Assembly (NCBI GenBank): GCA_041661305.1
Contig: JBAZUR010000001.1
Location: forward strand, 234,101 to 298,100
Length of the DNA stretch: 64,000 nucleotides
Reading direction: 5' to 3'
Source: Minisyncoccota bacterium
GTDB lineage: Bacteria > Patescibacteriota > Minisyncoccia > Phycocordibacterales > VMEP01
In this document: in pieces, positions 45,590-55,027 of the stretch
How the letters are laid out: each line of letters opens with the position of its first letter
How positions within the stretch are numbered: position 1 is the stretch's first letter
Made by a program: the position numbers and the translations under genes
The notes under the pieces: model-generated
What the model was told of the DNA's origin: nothing
Seen by the model: the letters and a program-made list of their open reading frames with translations, nothing else
Database searches by the model: none

Positions 45590-46690
45590 ATGGTCTTCAA
45601 CAATTTTACTTTCTAGTTTTTCCGCTCGCACTCCAAGTAGCCTTATTTTCTTTTTTTGCGGATTTTCCTGCCTATCAAGAAAAGGAATCACTAGAGCAAG
45701 AATTGTTTGTTCAAGCTCTCTTGCTGTCTTAAAGATTTTCTTCGAAGTGAAAGAGCGTGTCTTTGTTTCAAAATCAGCAAACCTCACAGTCAGTACAACG
45801 GTACGGAAACCAACAAACCCCTCTAATTTAATTTTCTCAAACACATCAACACAAAGTGTGTTGATTTTTTTCATAACAAATTTCAAATCGAGTGTATCAA
45901 TCTCGAATGTCTCTTGCTCACCGCACGACTTCGCAATATCTGGCTCAGAAACAACATCGGAGTCGTCAACGCCGAGTAATTTCTGAAAAAGGTCGCTCCC
46001 CCATTTGCCGAACATTGAAACTAGCTTATCTTCCGAGAGTAAACGAGCCTCTTTGATGGTTTTAATTTTATTCGCACTAAAAACATCTAACGTTTTTGGA
46101 CCAACTCCAGAAATTACTGAAACTGATTTGCTAGCCAAAAAATCTGCAGACTGCTCTGGCAAAACCACGGTTAAGCCGTCGGGCTTCTCTTCTTGTGCAG
46201 CAATCTTAGAGAGCATCTTATTTGAAGCAATGCCAACAGAACAGGTAAGCCCCTCCTCTCTCTTTATCTCATCTTTTATTTTTTGAACAATTTTCTCAGC
46301 CTTCTTAAAACTACCGGCCATTGAAATATCAAAATATGCCTCGTCAATGCTTGCCTCTTCCACTAATGGCGTATATTTTCTCAAAATCGCCATAACTCTA
46401 TGAGAACTTTCAACATACTTATGAAATGCTGGTGTGATAAACACCACCCCCTGGTCCCCTCTTTTTTTTGCTTCTTCGGAAAATCGCCATGCTTTTGATA
46501 TTGGCAAAGCTGAATGAATTCCATATCTCCTCGCTTCATAGCTTGCTGTTGAAACAACACCTCGTCCGCTTCCACCTTTTGGGTCAGCACCAATAACAAT
46601 CGGCATTCCTTTCAAATATGGTTTATCGCGCACTTCAACAGAAGCGAAGAAGGCATCCATATCAAGGTGGGCAATAATACGCTCGTTCAT
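45581..46690 (-). CDS. dinB: DNA polymerase IV (Y-family)
   Basis: 369 aa. HLDMDAFFASVE, SIDEAYFD, and the little-finger domain. Confidence 0.9.
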   Translation of the reverse strand: MNERIIAHLDMDAFFASVEVRDKPYLKGMPIVIGADPKGGSGRGVVSTASYEARRYGIHSALPISKAWRFSEEAKKRGDQGVVFITPAFHKYVESSHRVMAILRKYTPLVEEASIDEAYFDISMAGSFKKAEKIVQKIKDEIKREEGLTCSVGIASNKMLSKIAAQEEKPDGLTVVLPEQSADFLASKSVSVISGVGPKTLDVFSANKIKTIKEARLLSEDKLVSMFGKWGSDLFQKLLGVDDSDVVSEPDIAKSCGEQETFEIDTLDLKFVMKKINTLCVDVFEKIKLEGFVGFRTVVLTVRFADFETKTRSFTSKKIFKTARELEQTILALVIPFLDRQENPQKKKIRLLGVRAEKLESKIVEDHLF

Positions 46691-46767
46691 TTGGATATAG
46701 ATTTTAGCACTACTAAAACAAAAACAACCGCTTGTGCGGTTGTTTTTGCAATACCGCGCGGTATTGC

Positions 46768-46980
46768 CTACATTCCCATTCCGTCTCCTTCGCTACACAT
46801 TTTGCAGTTACCACGGTGTGTGACCAATTCATACACAGCGGCCAAACCGACCAAAATGTAAACAACTTGAGCTACTGTCGAACCAAGCAATTCCACAACA
46901 TTATAACCAAACGCTACAAGCAACCAATTCAAACCTCCCACGACGAGAAGGATGAAGGAAGCCATGTGGAGCCATTTCAT
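46768..46980 (-). CDS. DUF378 family small membrane protein
   Basis: 70 aa. VVGGLNWLLVAFGYN matches the DUF378 GxNWxLVG motif. Confidence 0.55.
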   Translation of the reverse strand: MKWLHMASFILLVVGGLNWLLVAFGYNVVELLGSTVAQVVYILVGLAAVYELVTHRGNCKMCSEGDGMGM

Positions 46981-47105
46981 ATGTATTTAGTTGTTACTTA
47001 AAACTTGTAATATCGACGCTTACTAATATTGTAGTACTCACACAAAAGCGCGCCAGCAAGTAATGCACAGGTAGTAAAATTGTCATAACCTGAAAACTAG
47101 TGGGG

Positions 47106-47134
47106 TTGACTTTTCGTCAGCATTCTGCTAGTAT
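47106..47134 (+). promoter_or_regulatory. Sigma-70-like promoter upstream of the RRM protein gene
   Basis: TTGACT-17 nt-TAGTAT. It lies about 115 nt upstream of the ATG, implying a long 5' UTR. Confidence 0.5.
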
Positions 47135-47250
47135 ATTTTCATTGTAGGTTTTCTCGTGCTGTCTCTCGCAAAAGAACGTTAGTTCGGAACCGAAGCTACT
47201 CGAGATCTAGTCGCCTCACAATTGTTATTAATTAGAGACTGGATAGTTTT

Positions 47251-47529
47251 ATGGCAAAGAAATTGTATGTCGGAGGTATTCCTTATACTTCTACAGCCGA
47301 TGCTTTGAAGAATTTCTTCCAAGCTGCTGGCCCGGTTGCATCGTCAACCATTATTACTGATAAGATGACCGGCCGCTCACGCGGATTTGGATTCGTCGAA
47401 ATGGAGAACGACGCTGACGCAGATCGCGCAGTTGAACAGTTCCATGGAAAAGAATTCGAAGGACGAACTCTTACAGTTAATGAGGCTAAGCCCCGCGAGG
47501 AAGGAGCCAATCGAGAGCGCCGCTTCTAA
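47251..47529 (+). CDS. RNA-binding protein with an RRM domain (glycine-poor)
   Basis: 92 aa. RNP-2 LYVGGI and RNP-1 RGFGFVEM. Confidence 0.8.
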   Translation: MAKKLYVGGIPYTSTADALKNFFQAAGPVASSTIITDKMTGRSRGFGFVEMENDADADRAVEQFHGKEFEGRTLTVNEAKPREEGANRERRF

Positions 47530-47544
47530 TACTTAAATGTATGC

Positions 47545-47574
47545 AAAAAACTCCGCATTATGCGGAGTTTTTTG
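47545..47574 (+). terminator. Rho-independent terminator after the RRM gene
   Basis: AAAAAACTCCGCATTATGCGGAGTTTTTTG. Confidence 0.75.
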
Positions 47575-47630
47575 TTGCTTAAAAATAAAACAAAATTCGT
47601 ATATTTAACAATAGTTTGTTTATTTTTTTA

Positions 47631-47717
47631 TTTTTCCCTTAAAAAACGCGCATATCCGCCTGCTGGCGGATTGCTATGCTCGTATCGCCATACTGCGCAA
47701 TGTTTTTTAAGGGAAAA
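47631..47717 (-). repeat. Copy D of the AGCA-loop repeat family
   Basis: In minus orientation: TTTTCCCTTAAAAAACATTGCGCAGTATGGCGATACGAGCATAG, then the hairpin ATCCGCC-AGCA-GGCGGAT (GC-rich stem, same AGCA loop), then ATGCGCG, then the outer stem partner TTTTTTAAGGGAAA. Confidence 0.7.
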
Positions 47718-47792
47718 ATCTAGAGTTTTTAAGAAAAAAATTATACGTGTTTTAAAAAAGCAAAAATAAAAAATTGTTGATATAATTCACCT

Positions 47793-48416
47793 ATGAATAA
47801 AAAGGTACTTACCGGAGCAGAAAAGAAAATATTTCAAAAATTAAATACCCCACAGAAGATTCAGGATTTTATAAACAAAATACCAAATAATTTTGAGACT
47901 GGGGGCGAAACCTGCCAATCGCCAAGACGCGTGCTAAAAAGCCGTCGGGCACATTGTATTGAAGGGGCACTACTTGCAGGCGCAATACTTAATTTTCATG
48001 GACGACCTGCACTCGTTGCCCATATGCACACAACCAGGGAAGACCAAGACCACGTCATAGCGATATTCAAAGAGGGCGACCGTTTTGGCGCAATAAGCAA
48101 ATCAAACCACCTTGTCCTGCGATATCGAGATCCTGTATACCTTAATATTCGCGAACTTATGATGTCCTATTTTCATGAGTACTGGGGATTAAAAACTGGG
48201 CGTAAAAACTTACGCTCATACACCGAACCAATTGATATTATAAAGAAGTTTGGCGAATCTTGGATTATAGAAGAGAAAGAACTTTGGAATATAAATGATT
48301 TTATCTTCCACACACCACACAAAGAGATGGTTCCTAAAAATATTCTAAGAAAATTACGAGATGCAGACAAATTTGAAACACAAAATATAAGTAAAACTAT
48401 AGAGTGGAAAAAATGA
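47793..48416 (+). CDS. Transglutaminase-like (papain-fold Cys-His-Asp) domain protein
   Basis: 207 aa. RRAHCIEGALLAGAIL (Cys), DHVIAI (His), and a downstream Asp. Preceded by an extended -10 TGATATAAT very close to the ATG. Confidence 0.4.
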   Translation: MNKKVLTGAEKKIFQKLNTPQKIQDFINKIPNNFETGGETCQSPRRVLKSRRAHCIEGALLAGAILNFHGRPALVAHMHTTREDQDHVIAIFKEGDRFGAISKSNHLVLRYRDPVYLNIRELMMSYFHEYWGLKTGRKNLRSYTEPIDIIKKFGESWIIEEKELWNINDFIFHTPHKEMVPKNILRKLRDADKFETQNISKTIEWKK

Positions 48417-48456
48417 TTGTGCTATGATGTATCTCAATTAGTAATTTTCAAAAAAA

Positions 48457-49170
48457 ATGGAACATAAAAAAGAAAAAATTGAGTTATCAATACCTGGTGC
48501 CATCGTCTTAGCTGGTGTCATAATTGCGGGGGCTATTATCTTTAGTAATTCCTACAAATCTTCAGCGAACGAAGGGGTTAATTTGGGTCAAAACGCAGTT
48601 AATCCTGGGGCTCAACTTAAAGCTGTTCCTCCGATAGATGGAGATCATGTAAAGGGTGATCTTTCAAAAGCAGAAATTGTGCTTATTGAATATTCCGACC
48701 TTGAGTGTCCATTTTGTAAGCGCTTCCAGCCAACAGCAACACAAATTGTTGAACAATACGGAGGTAAGGTTGCTTTGATTTATCGCCATTTCCCCTTAGA
48801 CGCTCTACACAAAAAAGCACGAAAAGAAGCTGAAGCTTCTGAGTGTGCAGCGGAGCAAGGTGGTGACGTTGCGTTTTTCAAATACATTGAGCGCTTATAT
48901 GAAATAACACCAGCAAATGATGGTTTGGATCAAGCAGAACTTCCTAAAATTGCTGAAACTATAGGTCTTGATGTTGCTAAATTTAATGCTTGTCTTTCAA
49001 GTGGTAAATTCGCCACACTGGTTGAGGAGCAATTCCAGAGTGGAGTAAAAGCTGGCGTCACTGGAACCCCAACATCTTTTGTTCTAAACAAAAAAGGAAT
49101 ACAGGAATCAATTGTTGGTGCACAACCGATAGAAACAATCAAACAAACAATCGACAGATTGCTTAAGTAA
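48457..49170 (+). CDS. DsbA-family thiol:disulfide oxidoreductase with an N-terminal TM anchor
   Basis: 237 aa. CPFC active site in a thioredoxin fold. Confidence 0.75.
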   Translation: MEHKKEKIELSIPGAIVLAGVIIAGAIIFSNSYKSSANEGVNLGQNAVNPGAQLKAVPPIDGDHVKGDLSKAEIVLIEYSDLECPFCKRFQPTATQIVEQYGGKVALIYRHFPLDALHKKARKEAEASECAAEQGGDVAFFKYIERLYEITPANDGLDQAELPKIAETIGLDVAKFNACLSSGKFATLVEEQFQSGVKAGVTGTPTSFVLNKKGIQESIVGAQPIETIKQTIDRLLK

Positions 49171-49183
49171 AAAAATTCAAACA

Positions 49184-49216
49184 ACAAAAAACCAAGGGCG
49201 TTCCTTGGTTTTTTTT
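49184..49216. terminator. Bidirectional terminator between the dsbA-like gene (+) and the DUF59 gene (-)
   Basis: AAAAAACCAAGGGCGTTCCTTGGTTTTTTTTG. Confidence 0.75.
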
Positions 49217-49218
49217 GT

Positions 49219-49512
49219 TTAGCTACTTAACCCCATCATTGTTTTCAATTCTTCAGATGGTTGCCATGCCGGCTCAAAAGTAATCTCCACGCGAGCTTCC
49301 CCGCTCTTTAGTGAATTAATCGCATTTTCTACAGACGCAATTAGCTCATCCGCAAAAGGACACATCGGTGATGTTAGTGTCATTAAAACCTCAACCGCCT
49401 CTTCGTCTATTTTTATTTCATAAATAAGTCCTAAGGTCCAAACATCAATTCCAAGCTCTGGATCTTTAACTGTCTTTAGTTTTTCGATAACCTGTTCTTT
49501 TGTAATTTGCAT
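49219..49512 (-). CDS. sufT: DUF59 (MIP18/SufT-like) Fe-S assembly protein
   Basis: Starts at the internal ATG (MQITKEQVIEKLKTVKDPELGIDVWTLGLIY...). Contains the TSPMCPF motif. Last gene of the suf cluster. Confidence 0.7.
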   Translation of the reverse strand: MQITKEQVIEKLKTVKDPELGIDVWTLGLIYEIKIDEEAVEVLMTLTSPMCPFADELIASVENAINSLKSGEARVEITFEPAWQPSEELKTMMGLSS

Positions 49513-49513
49513 A

Positions 49514-50245
49514 CTATTCAAATCCTTTCTCTTTAAGTTCTTTGATAATTTCAACTCCACCAGAGCGAACAATCTTCCCCTCCTTCATAACATAAACCAT
49601 GCTTGGTGTTATATATTCCAAAATATTTGGATGGTGAGTCACCAAAAGAAAACCTGTCCCTTTTTCGGCAAGTGTTTTTATCGCACTGAAAACTTTCTTC
49701 ATTGAGTCCATATCAACCCCTGAATCAATCTCATCAAGTAAGGCTATGCTTGGATTTAAAACAGCGAGCTGAAGCATTTCGCTTAATTTTTTTTCACCAC
49801 CAGAAAGACCTTTGTTTACCGAGCGTTTCAAAAATTCTTCAGGAACACCAATCTCTCGCGCAGTGTTCACCGCTTCTTTGTAAAAATCGAGGGTATTTTT
49901 TTCTTCACCAACTAAATCTTTTCTAGCTTGATAGAGAAAACTAGCCAACGGAACACCAGAGATTTCTGGCAAATGTTGCATTGAAAGAAACAAACCTTGT
50001 TTGGCTTTTTTCTCTGGGTTGAAGGCGGTTATATCCTCTCCGTTTAGGTTGATACTTCCAGCAGTTATTTCGTATTTAGGATGACCCATAACAGCATTGA
50101 GAACACTTGATTTACCGGAACCGTTCGGACCCATGAGTACTGCAATATCCCCTCCGCCAACTGAGATTGAGATGTCTGTTGCAACAACCTTGCCTTCCCT
50201 TGTCGCAACGCTTAGGTCTTTTATTTCTAGATTTTTACTTACCAT
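49514..50245 (-). CDS. sufC: Fe-S cluster assembly ATPase SufC
   Basis: Walker A GPNGSGKSS, ABC signature LSGGEKK, Walker B LLDEIDSG. Confidence 0.9.
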   Translation of the reverse strand: MVSKNLEIKDLSVATREGKVVATDISISVGGGDIAVLMGPNGSGKSSVLNAVMGHPKYEITAGSINLNGEDITAFNPEKKAKQGLFLSMQHLPEISGVPLASFLYQARKDLVGEEKNTLDFYKEAVNTAREIGVPEEFLKRSVNKGLSGGEKKLSEMLQLAVLNPSIALLDEIDSGVDMDSMKKVFSAIKTLAEKGTGFLLVTHHPNILEYITPSMVYVMKEGKIVRSGGVEIIKELKEKGFE

Positions 50246-50621
50246 ATTTTGTAATACCGTCTGATAATGCCTCATATGCCAAAAGAGCGCAACGAGTTCG
50301 CGTGTGACTTATCTGCACACCCAAAAGAGAGTACATAACGCCAGGGGCAAGAAGTTTTGCTTCGGAAAGTTTCATCCCCTTAAGCTTCTCTGTAAAAAGA
50401 GATGCGCCAGCCAAACTTATTGCACAACCGTCACCTTGGAACTTCACCTCTTCAATTGTTTCCCCGTCATCCCCTAAGCGAACAGAAAAAATAAGGTTAT
50501 CTCCGCAATTAGCATTTTTCCCAACACCTGCAAATGTAGCGTCAGAAAGAGCGCCACGATTATGTGGGTGGCGATAATGCTCCATTATATTTTCTCGGTA
50601 AAGTTCTTCTTCGAAGCTCAT
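50235..50621 (-). CDS. sufU: SUF system Fe-S scaffold SufU (NifU N-terminal domain)
   Basis: 128 aa. NANCGDN, GDGCAIS, and the conserved Cys in HTRTRCALL. Confidence 0.8.
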   Translation of the reverse strand: MSFEEELYRENIMEHYRHPHNRGALSDATFAGVGKNANCGDNLIFSVRLGDDGETIEEVKFQGDGCAISLAGASLFTEKLKGMKLSEAKLLAPGVMYSLLGVQISHTRTRCALLAYEALSDGITKYGK

Positions 50622-50622
50622 G

Positions 50623-51846
50623 TTATTTTTTGAAAAATTCCTGCGCTTTTTTAACGCTCGCTATTAAGGCGTCTATATCTTCCTTTGTATTATAAAGATA
50701 AATGCTCGCTCGCACAGTCGCAGGCACCCCGAGAGCTCGCACAAAAGGTAAAGCACAGTGATGCCCACCACGTACCGCAACGTTGTCTCTACTCAAAAAT
50801 TCAATTACGTCGTGTGGGTGAATATCCAAAAGAGTAAAAGAAACTGTCCCAACATTCTCCTTTACATTTCTCTCGGAAAAAATATTAACCCCAGAAATTT
50901 CTCCAAGTTTCTCAATTAAATAAGAAGTTAATTCTTCTGTATGTGTTTTTATATTCTCAACCCCAACTTCTGTTAAATACTTCACAGCCTCAGCCATACC
51001 AATAGCTCCAGAAATATTTGGTGTCCCCGCTTCAAACTTTTCAGGACTTGAGACGAATTGCGCCTCGCTCAAATTCACATCAGTGACAATTCCACCACCA
51101 AAAAATGACGGGGTTAACTTCTCCCCAAGTTCACTTTTTAGATAAAGGGCGCCAATTCCTGTTGGTCCGCACATTTTGTGTCCTGAGAAAAACAAAGCGT
51201 CACAATCAAGCTCTTTTACAGAAACGGGCATGTGCCCAACAGCTGCAGTAGCGTCAACAACAACCAATGCTCCAACTTTGTGGGCGATATCAGCGATGCG
51301 CCGAACGTCGTTCACGACACCAGTTATGTTGCTTGCTAGTGTAATTCCAACAATTTTTGTCTTCTCCGTAATAAGCGCTTCTGCCGATTTATAATCAAGC
51401 TTAAAATTCTCATTAATATTTATATATTTCAAATTAAGTTTCTGGCGCTTTGCAAGTTCTTGTAGCGGCAGAAGCATTGCGTGATGCTCCATAATAGAAA
51501 CAACAATCTCGTCGCCTTCTTTTAAGTCGAGAGATTGCTCGAGCGTGTACGCCAACATATTTGCTGACCCTGTTGCACCAGCGGTAAAAATAATTTCATT
51601 TTTATTGGCGCCAATAAACTTGGCAACAATTTCGCGCGCGCTTTCATATGACTCACTAGCCTTCTCGCTAAGAGCGTATGCGCCACGATGAACATTACTC
51701 CTAAAACCACGGTAGTATTCATCCATTGCAGAAATTACACACTCTGGAGTTTGTGAGGATGCGGCTGAGTCTAGATAGTGCAAAGTTGCCCCGTCCGGGG
51801 TTTCAAAAATTGGAAAATTCTCTTTTATTTTCTTCACATCAAACAT
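50623..51846 (-). CDS. sufS: Cysteine desulfurase SufS
   Basis: 407 aa. PLP-lysine region (SGHKMCGPTGIG) and catalytic Cys (RGGHHCA). Confidence 0.9.
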   Translation of the reverse strand: MFDVKKIKENFPIFETPDGATLHYLDSAASSQTPECVISAMDEYYRGFRSNVHRGAYALSEKASESYESAREIVAKFIGANKNEIIFTAGATGSANMLAYTLEQSLDLKEGDEIVVSIMEHHAMLLPLQELAKRQKLNLKYININENFKLDYKSAEALITEKTKIVGITLASNITGVVNDVRRIADIAHKVGALVVVDATAAVGHMPVSVKELDCDALFFSGHKMCGPTGIGALYLKSELGEKLTPSFFGGGIVTDVNLSEAQFVSSPEKFEAGTPNISGAIGMAEAVKYLTEVGVENIKTHTEELTSYLIEKLGEISGVNIFSERNVKENVGTVSFTLLDIHPHDVIEFLSRDNVAVRGGHHCALPFVRALGVPATVRASIYLYNTKEDIDALIASVKKAQEFFKK

Positions 51847-51956
51847 AAATATCGGGCAATTATGACATATTTTGTTGTTGTTGACAACTCACTCATATTG
51901 CGGTTAAATCAGTGAAGTTCGCTAGTCCTATCAACAAAACAGAGGAGTTCTCGTTA

Positions 51957-52175
51957 ATGGAAAAACATTTCGTCGCATACGTCATCAGCCGTCACGGCCA
52001 ACAGCCGTATGCAGTTAACAGGATGATCTATCGCAAATCGCGTATTGTCATCCAGTCGATGGCCGATGTCAAAAAACTGGAAAAAGAACTGTACGAATCC
52101 CACTTCAGGGGGCACAAGAAATACGCCGGCGACTGCTGTACTCTCGTCTCTATCCAGCCGATGCCAATCAAATAA
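51957..52175 (+). CDS. Hypothetical protein (72 aa), GC-rich, inserted antisense within the suf cluster
   Basis: GAGGAG Shine-Dalgarno 9 nt upstream of the ATG (MEKHFVAYVISRHGQQPYAV...). About 48% GC. Followed by terminator AAAGCCCCCAACTCGGGGGCTTTT at 52197-52224. Confidence 0.45.
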   Translation: MEKHFVAYVISRHGQQPYAVNRMIYRKSRIVIQSMADVKKLEKELYESHFRGHKKYAGDCCTLVSIQPMPIK

Positions 52176-52220
52176 CGGCCTTAACGGCCGACACACCAAA
52201 AGCCCCCAACTCGGGGGCTT

Positions 52221-52940
52221 TTATAATACTTCTAAAAATCCAGAGACTAAAAGTTCTTGCGCTTTGTTTTCTTCTAGCCCGCGAGACATCGGATAAAAAA
52301 GTTCATCACCTGAAATATCTTTTATTGAGAGTGAGTGTGAACATCGAACATCGTTACTTGCAATATCAAGGGATGGAATAGCGTCCACTCGCGCTTCGGG
52401 AGACAAGATTAAAAATGAAGCCGATTCTTCCCCCACCGCTTTCACTTCTTTTGCCATCGCAATATCACTCCTATATATGACGTGCGCTGTGTCTTTAAGC
52501 ACACCCTTCACTTCAATTTTTGAAACAGTTTCGGAAGCTTCGTGGTAAACCTTGTGATAGACATCAACTTCTGAATCGCCAGATAAATCATAACGGCTCG
52601 TTATCGAAGCGCTTGCGCCACGACCCGCCAAAATAATATGAATGTCATTTTTTCCTTTTGCTTTCCCTTCACACGATTCACGATATTCAAACGTTGCTCC
52701 TTCCTCTACGTGAACAACAATAAGTCTTGATTTAGACAAATCATTTTCCAAAACTTTTCTTTCTCCCTGAGCAACTTCAATCACCTCTCCACCTTTTTGA
52801 ACAATAGACAAAAATTCCTCCGAAAAAGAAGATGCGATTTTGAGTCCATATTTAAAAGCATTCGGACCGGCATAAGTATATAAAATTTCTTTAGTATTTT
52901 TCATATCTTTATCCAACACTACCTTCCATCTCAAGCTCAA
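52221..52940 (-). CDS. sufD: Fe-S cluster assembly protein SufD (short form)
   Basis: 239 aa. Beta-helix repeat region homologous to the SufB C-terminus (DVRCSHSLSIKDIS). Confidence 0.7.
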   Translation of the reverse strand: MSLRWKVVLDKDMKNTKEILYTYAGPNAFKYGLKIASSFSEEFLSIVQKGGEVIEVAQGERKVLENDLSKSRLIVVHVEEGATFEYRESCEGKAKGKNDIHIILAGRGASASITSRYDLSGDSEVDVYHKVYHEASETVSKIEVKGVLKDTAHVIYRSDIAMAKEVKAVGEESASFLILSPEARVDAIPSLDIASNDVRCSHSLSIKDISGDELFYPMSRGLEENKAQELLVSGFLEVL

Positions 52941-54258
52941 TCAACTTATTTAGTTCAATTGCGTATTCAAGTGGCATGGCTTTAACAATTGGCTCTAGAA
53001 ACCCACCAACAATAAGGCGCTCCGCTTCCCTTTCGGAAAATCCACGTGAGCGGAGATAAAAAACTTCATCATCACCAAGCCGTCCAACCTTTGCTTCGTG
53101 AGAAATATTAACCCTCTTGTTATCGTTCTTTGTAGACGGGTAAGTATTTGAAACTGATTTGTCGTCTAAAATTAAAGCATCGCAAACAACAGAAGAGACT
53201 GCTCCAGTTGCTCGCTTTCCTATTTGTACAAAACCGCGATAAGTAGAGATGCCACCATCTTTAGAAACTGATTTTGAGCGAATTGTAGAAACAGTATCCG
53301 GCGCCAAGTGTAGAGCTTTTGCTCCAGTGTCCTGATTCTGCCCTTCCCCCGCGAGAACTATCCCTAAACTATCGGCCTTGGCTCCACGCCCCAAAAGTAC
53401 TGACGATGGATAAAGCATAGTCACACAAGAACCCATATTGCCGTTGACCCACTGCATCTCACCATCTTCATAAACCATCGCCTTCTTTGTATTCAAGTTG
53501 TAGGTATTACGTGACCAATTTTCAATACTTAGATATTTTACTTTCGCTCCTTTCAGCACAAAAACCTCCACACAACCAGCATGAAGTGACGAGGATGTAT
53601 ATCGTGGCGCAGAACATCCTTCAATATATTCAATCTCCGAACCTTCATCAGCAATAATTAGAGTGTGTTCAAACTGCCCCGATGACGAGCGATTCATTCT
53701 AAAATAAGCTTGCAATGGCAATCCAACTTTTACCCCTTTAGGAACGTAAATAAAAGTGCCACCACTCCAAGCTGCGCCATGTAGCATTGTGAATTTGTGG
53801 TCAGAGGATGGAACGCAGTCGGTCATAAAATATTTTTCCACAAGCTCTGGATATTTTTGCACTGCCACATCCATGTTTTCAAAAATTACTCCTTTATCGG
53901 CGAGTGACTTTTGCAAATTGTGATAAACAATTCCTGAGTCGTATTGTGCACCCACTCCACCTAAATATTCTCTTTCTGCCTTTGGAATACCAAGTTTTTC
54001 GAAAGTATCCGTGATTTCTTTTGGAAGCTCTTTCCAGTCTGTTTTCTCTTCAACGGCTGGATCAACATAGTAGACCAAGTCGTCCAAATTGAGCTGAGAG
54101 AGCGACGGCCCCCAGTCTGGTATCTTTGTCTTCTCCCACAGAGAAAAGGCCTCCAAGCGCTTTTTTAGCATCCAGGCGGGTTCTTTTTTGCTCTCTGAAA
54201 TATGGCGCACCAAAGACTCAGAAAGACCCATATTTACTGTTTTCTCCTCTATTGACAT
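52909..54258 (-). CDS. sufB: Fe-S cluster assembly protein SufB
   Basis: 449 aa, canonical SufB including CSAP and the C-terminal GFLEP region. Confidence 0.9.
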   Translation of the reverse strand: MSIEEKTVNMGLSESLVRHISESKKEPAWMLKKRLEAFSLWEKTKIPDWGPSLSQLNLDDLVYYVDPAVEEKTDWKELPKEITDTFEKLGIPKAEREYLGGVGAQYDSGIVYHNLQKSLADKGVIFENMDVAVQKYPELVEKYFMTDCVPSSDHKFTMLHGAAWSGGTFIYVPKGVKVGLPLQAYFRMNRSSSGQFEHTLIIADEGSEIEYIEGCSAPRYTSSSLHAGCVEVFVLKGAKVKYLSIENWSRNTYNLNTKKAMVYEDGEMQWVNGNMGSCVTMLYPSSVLLGRGAKADSLGIVLAGEGQNQDTGAKALHLAPDTVSTIRSKSVSKDGGISTYRGFVQIGKRATGAVSSVVCDALILDDKSVSNTYPSTKNDNKRVNISHEAKVGRLGDDEVFYLRSRGFSEREAERLIVGGFLEPIVKAMPLEYAIELNKLIELEMEGSVG

Positions 54259-54332
54259 AGAGATGAATTATATTGTAATATCACGCCAGTTGCAAATCCA
54301 ATTAAATTTAAACAAAAAAGAGGAGGGTTGCC

Positions 54333-54575
54333 GTGAGTGCTGACTTCAACGCAAATGCCATACTGAAAGGCAACGAAGACTTCGTCGCTTTTCTCCATGA
54401 ACGTGCAAGGTGGGAAAACATCCCCGCAACCTGCGACAAGAAGTGGCTTGCAGGTTTTTGGCAAAATAACAGGGGTTTGCTTTCACACCTCTTCGTTATG
54501 GAAACCGGCAAGGTGCTCTTCGTTCCAAACGATACTGCTTTCTTCCAGCAAGCCGCCGAAGCCTATCAAGGCTAG
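54333..54575 (+). CDS. Hypothetical protein (80 aa), paralog 1 of a tandem pair
   Basis: AGGAGG Shine-Dalgarno 6 nt upstream of a GTG start. KGNEDFVAFLHERARWENIPATCDKKWLAGFWQNN...QQAAEAYQG. Followed by terminator CCCCGCATCACGCGGGG plus T-run at 54594-54622. Confidence 0.5.
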   Translation: MSADFNANAILKGNEDFVAFLHERARWENIPATCDKKWLAGFWQNNRGLLSHLFVMETGKVLFVPNDTAFFQQAAEAYQG

Positions 54576-54699
54576 CTCTCTTCCGTCCCAACCAAAAACC
54601 CCGCATCACGCGGGGCTTTTTAACATATTAACGTTTTCGAAAAACATGATAGTATCAACGCAGTTGCAACTTTAACTCAACCAATCACCGGAGGGCGAA

Positions 54700-54942
54700 A
54701 TGAACACCAGTGAAATCAAAAAGGACGCAATTAAGGGCAATGAAGAATTTGTTGCGTTCTTGCACCAACACGCGAAACAGGCGAAAATTCCCAGCAGTTG
54801 CGACAAGGCATGGCTGGCGAGTGTATGGCAACGAAACAAGGTTGTTTTCATGTTTCATTTCGCTGTACAAAAAGGGGAATCAGGCTCAACCCCGCCCACT
54901 GATGAATTTCTCAGGCAGGCCGCCGAAGCCTATCAAGGCTAG
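54700..54942 (+). CDS. Hypothetical protein (80 aa), paralog 2 of a tandem pair
   Basis: GGAGGG Shine-Dalgarno upstream of the ATG. KGNEEFVAFLHQHAKQAKIPSSCDKAWLASVWQRN...RQAAEAYQG. Followed by the near-identical terminator CCCCGCATCGCGCGGGG at 54960-54988. Confidence 0.5.
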   Translation: MNTSEIKKDAIKGNEEFVAFLHQHAKQAKIPSSCDKAWLASVWQRNKVVFMFHFAVQKGESGSTPPTDEFLRQAAEAYQG

Positions 54943-55027
54943 TTCTCTTCCGTCCCAACCAAAAACCCCGCATCGCGCGGGGCTTTTTAATTTTCTAAAA
55001 GCTATCTGCCTAAAAACTAAAAGCTTC

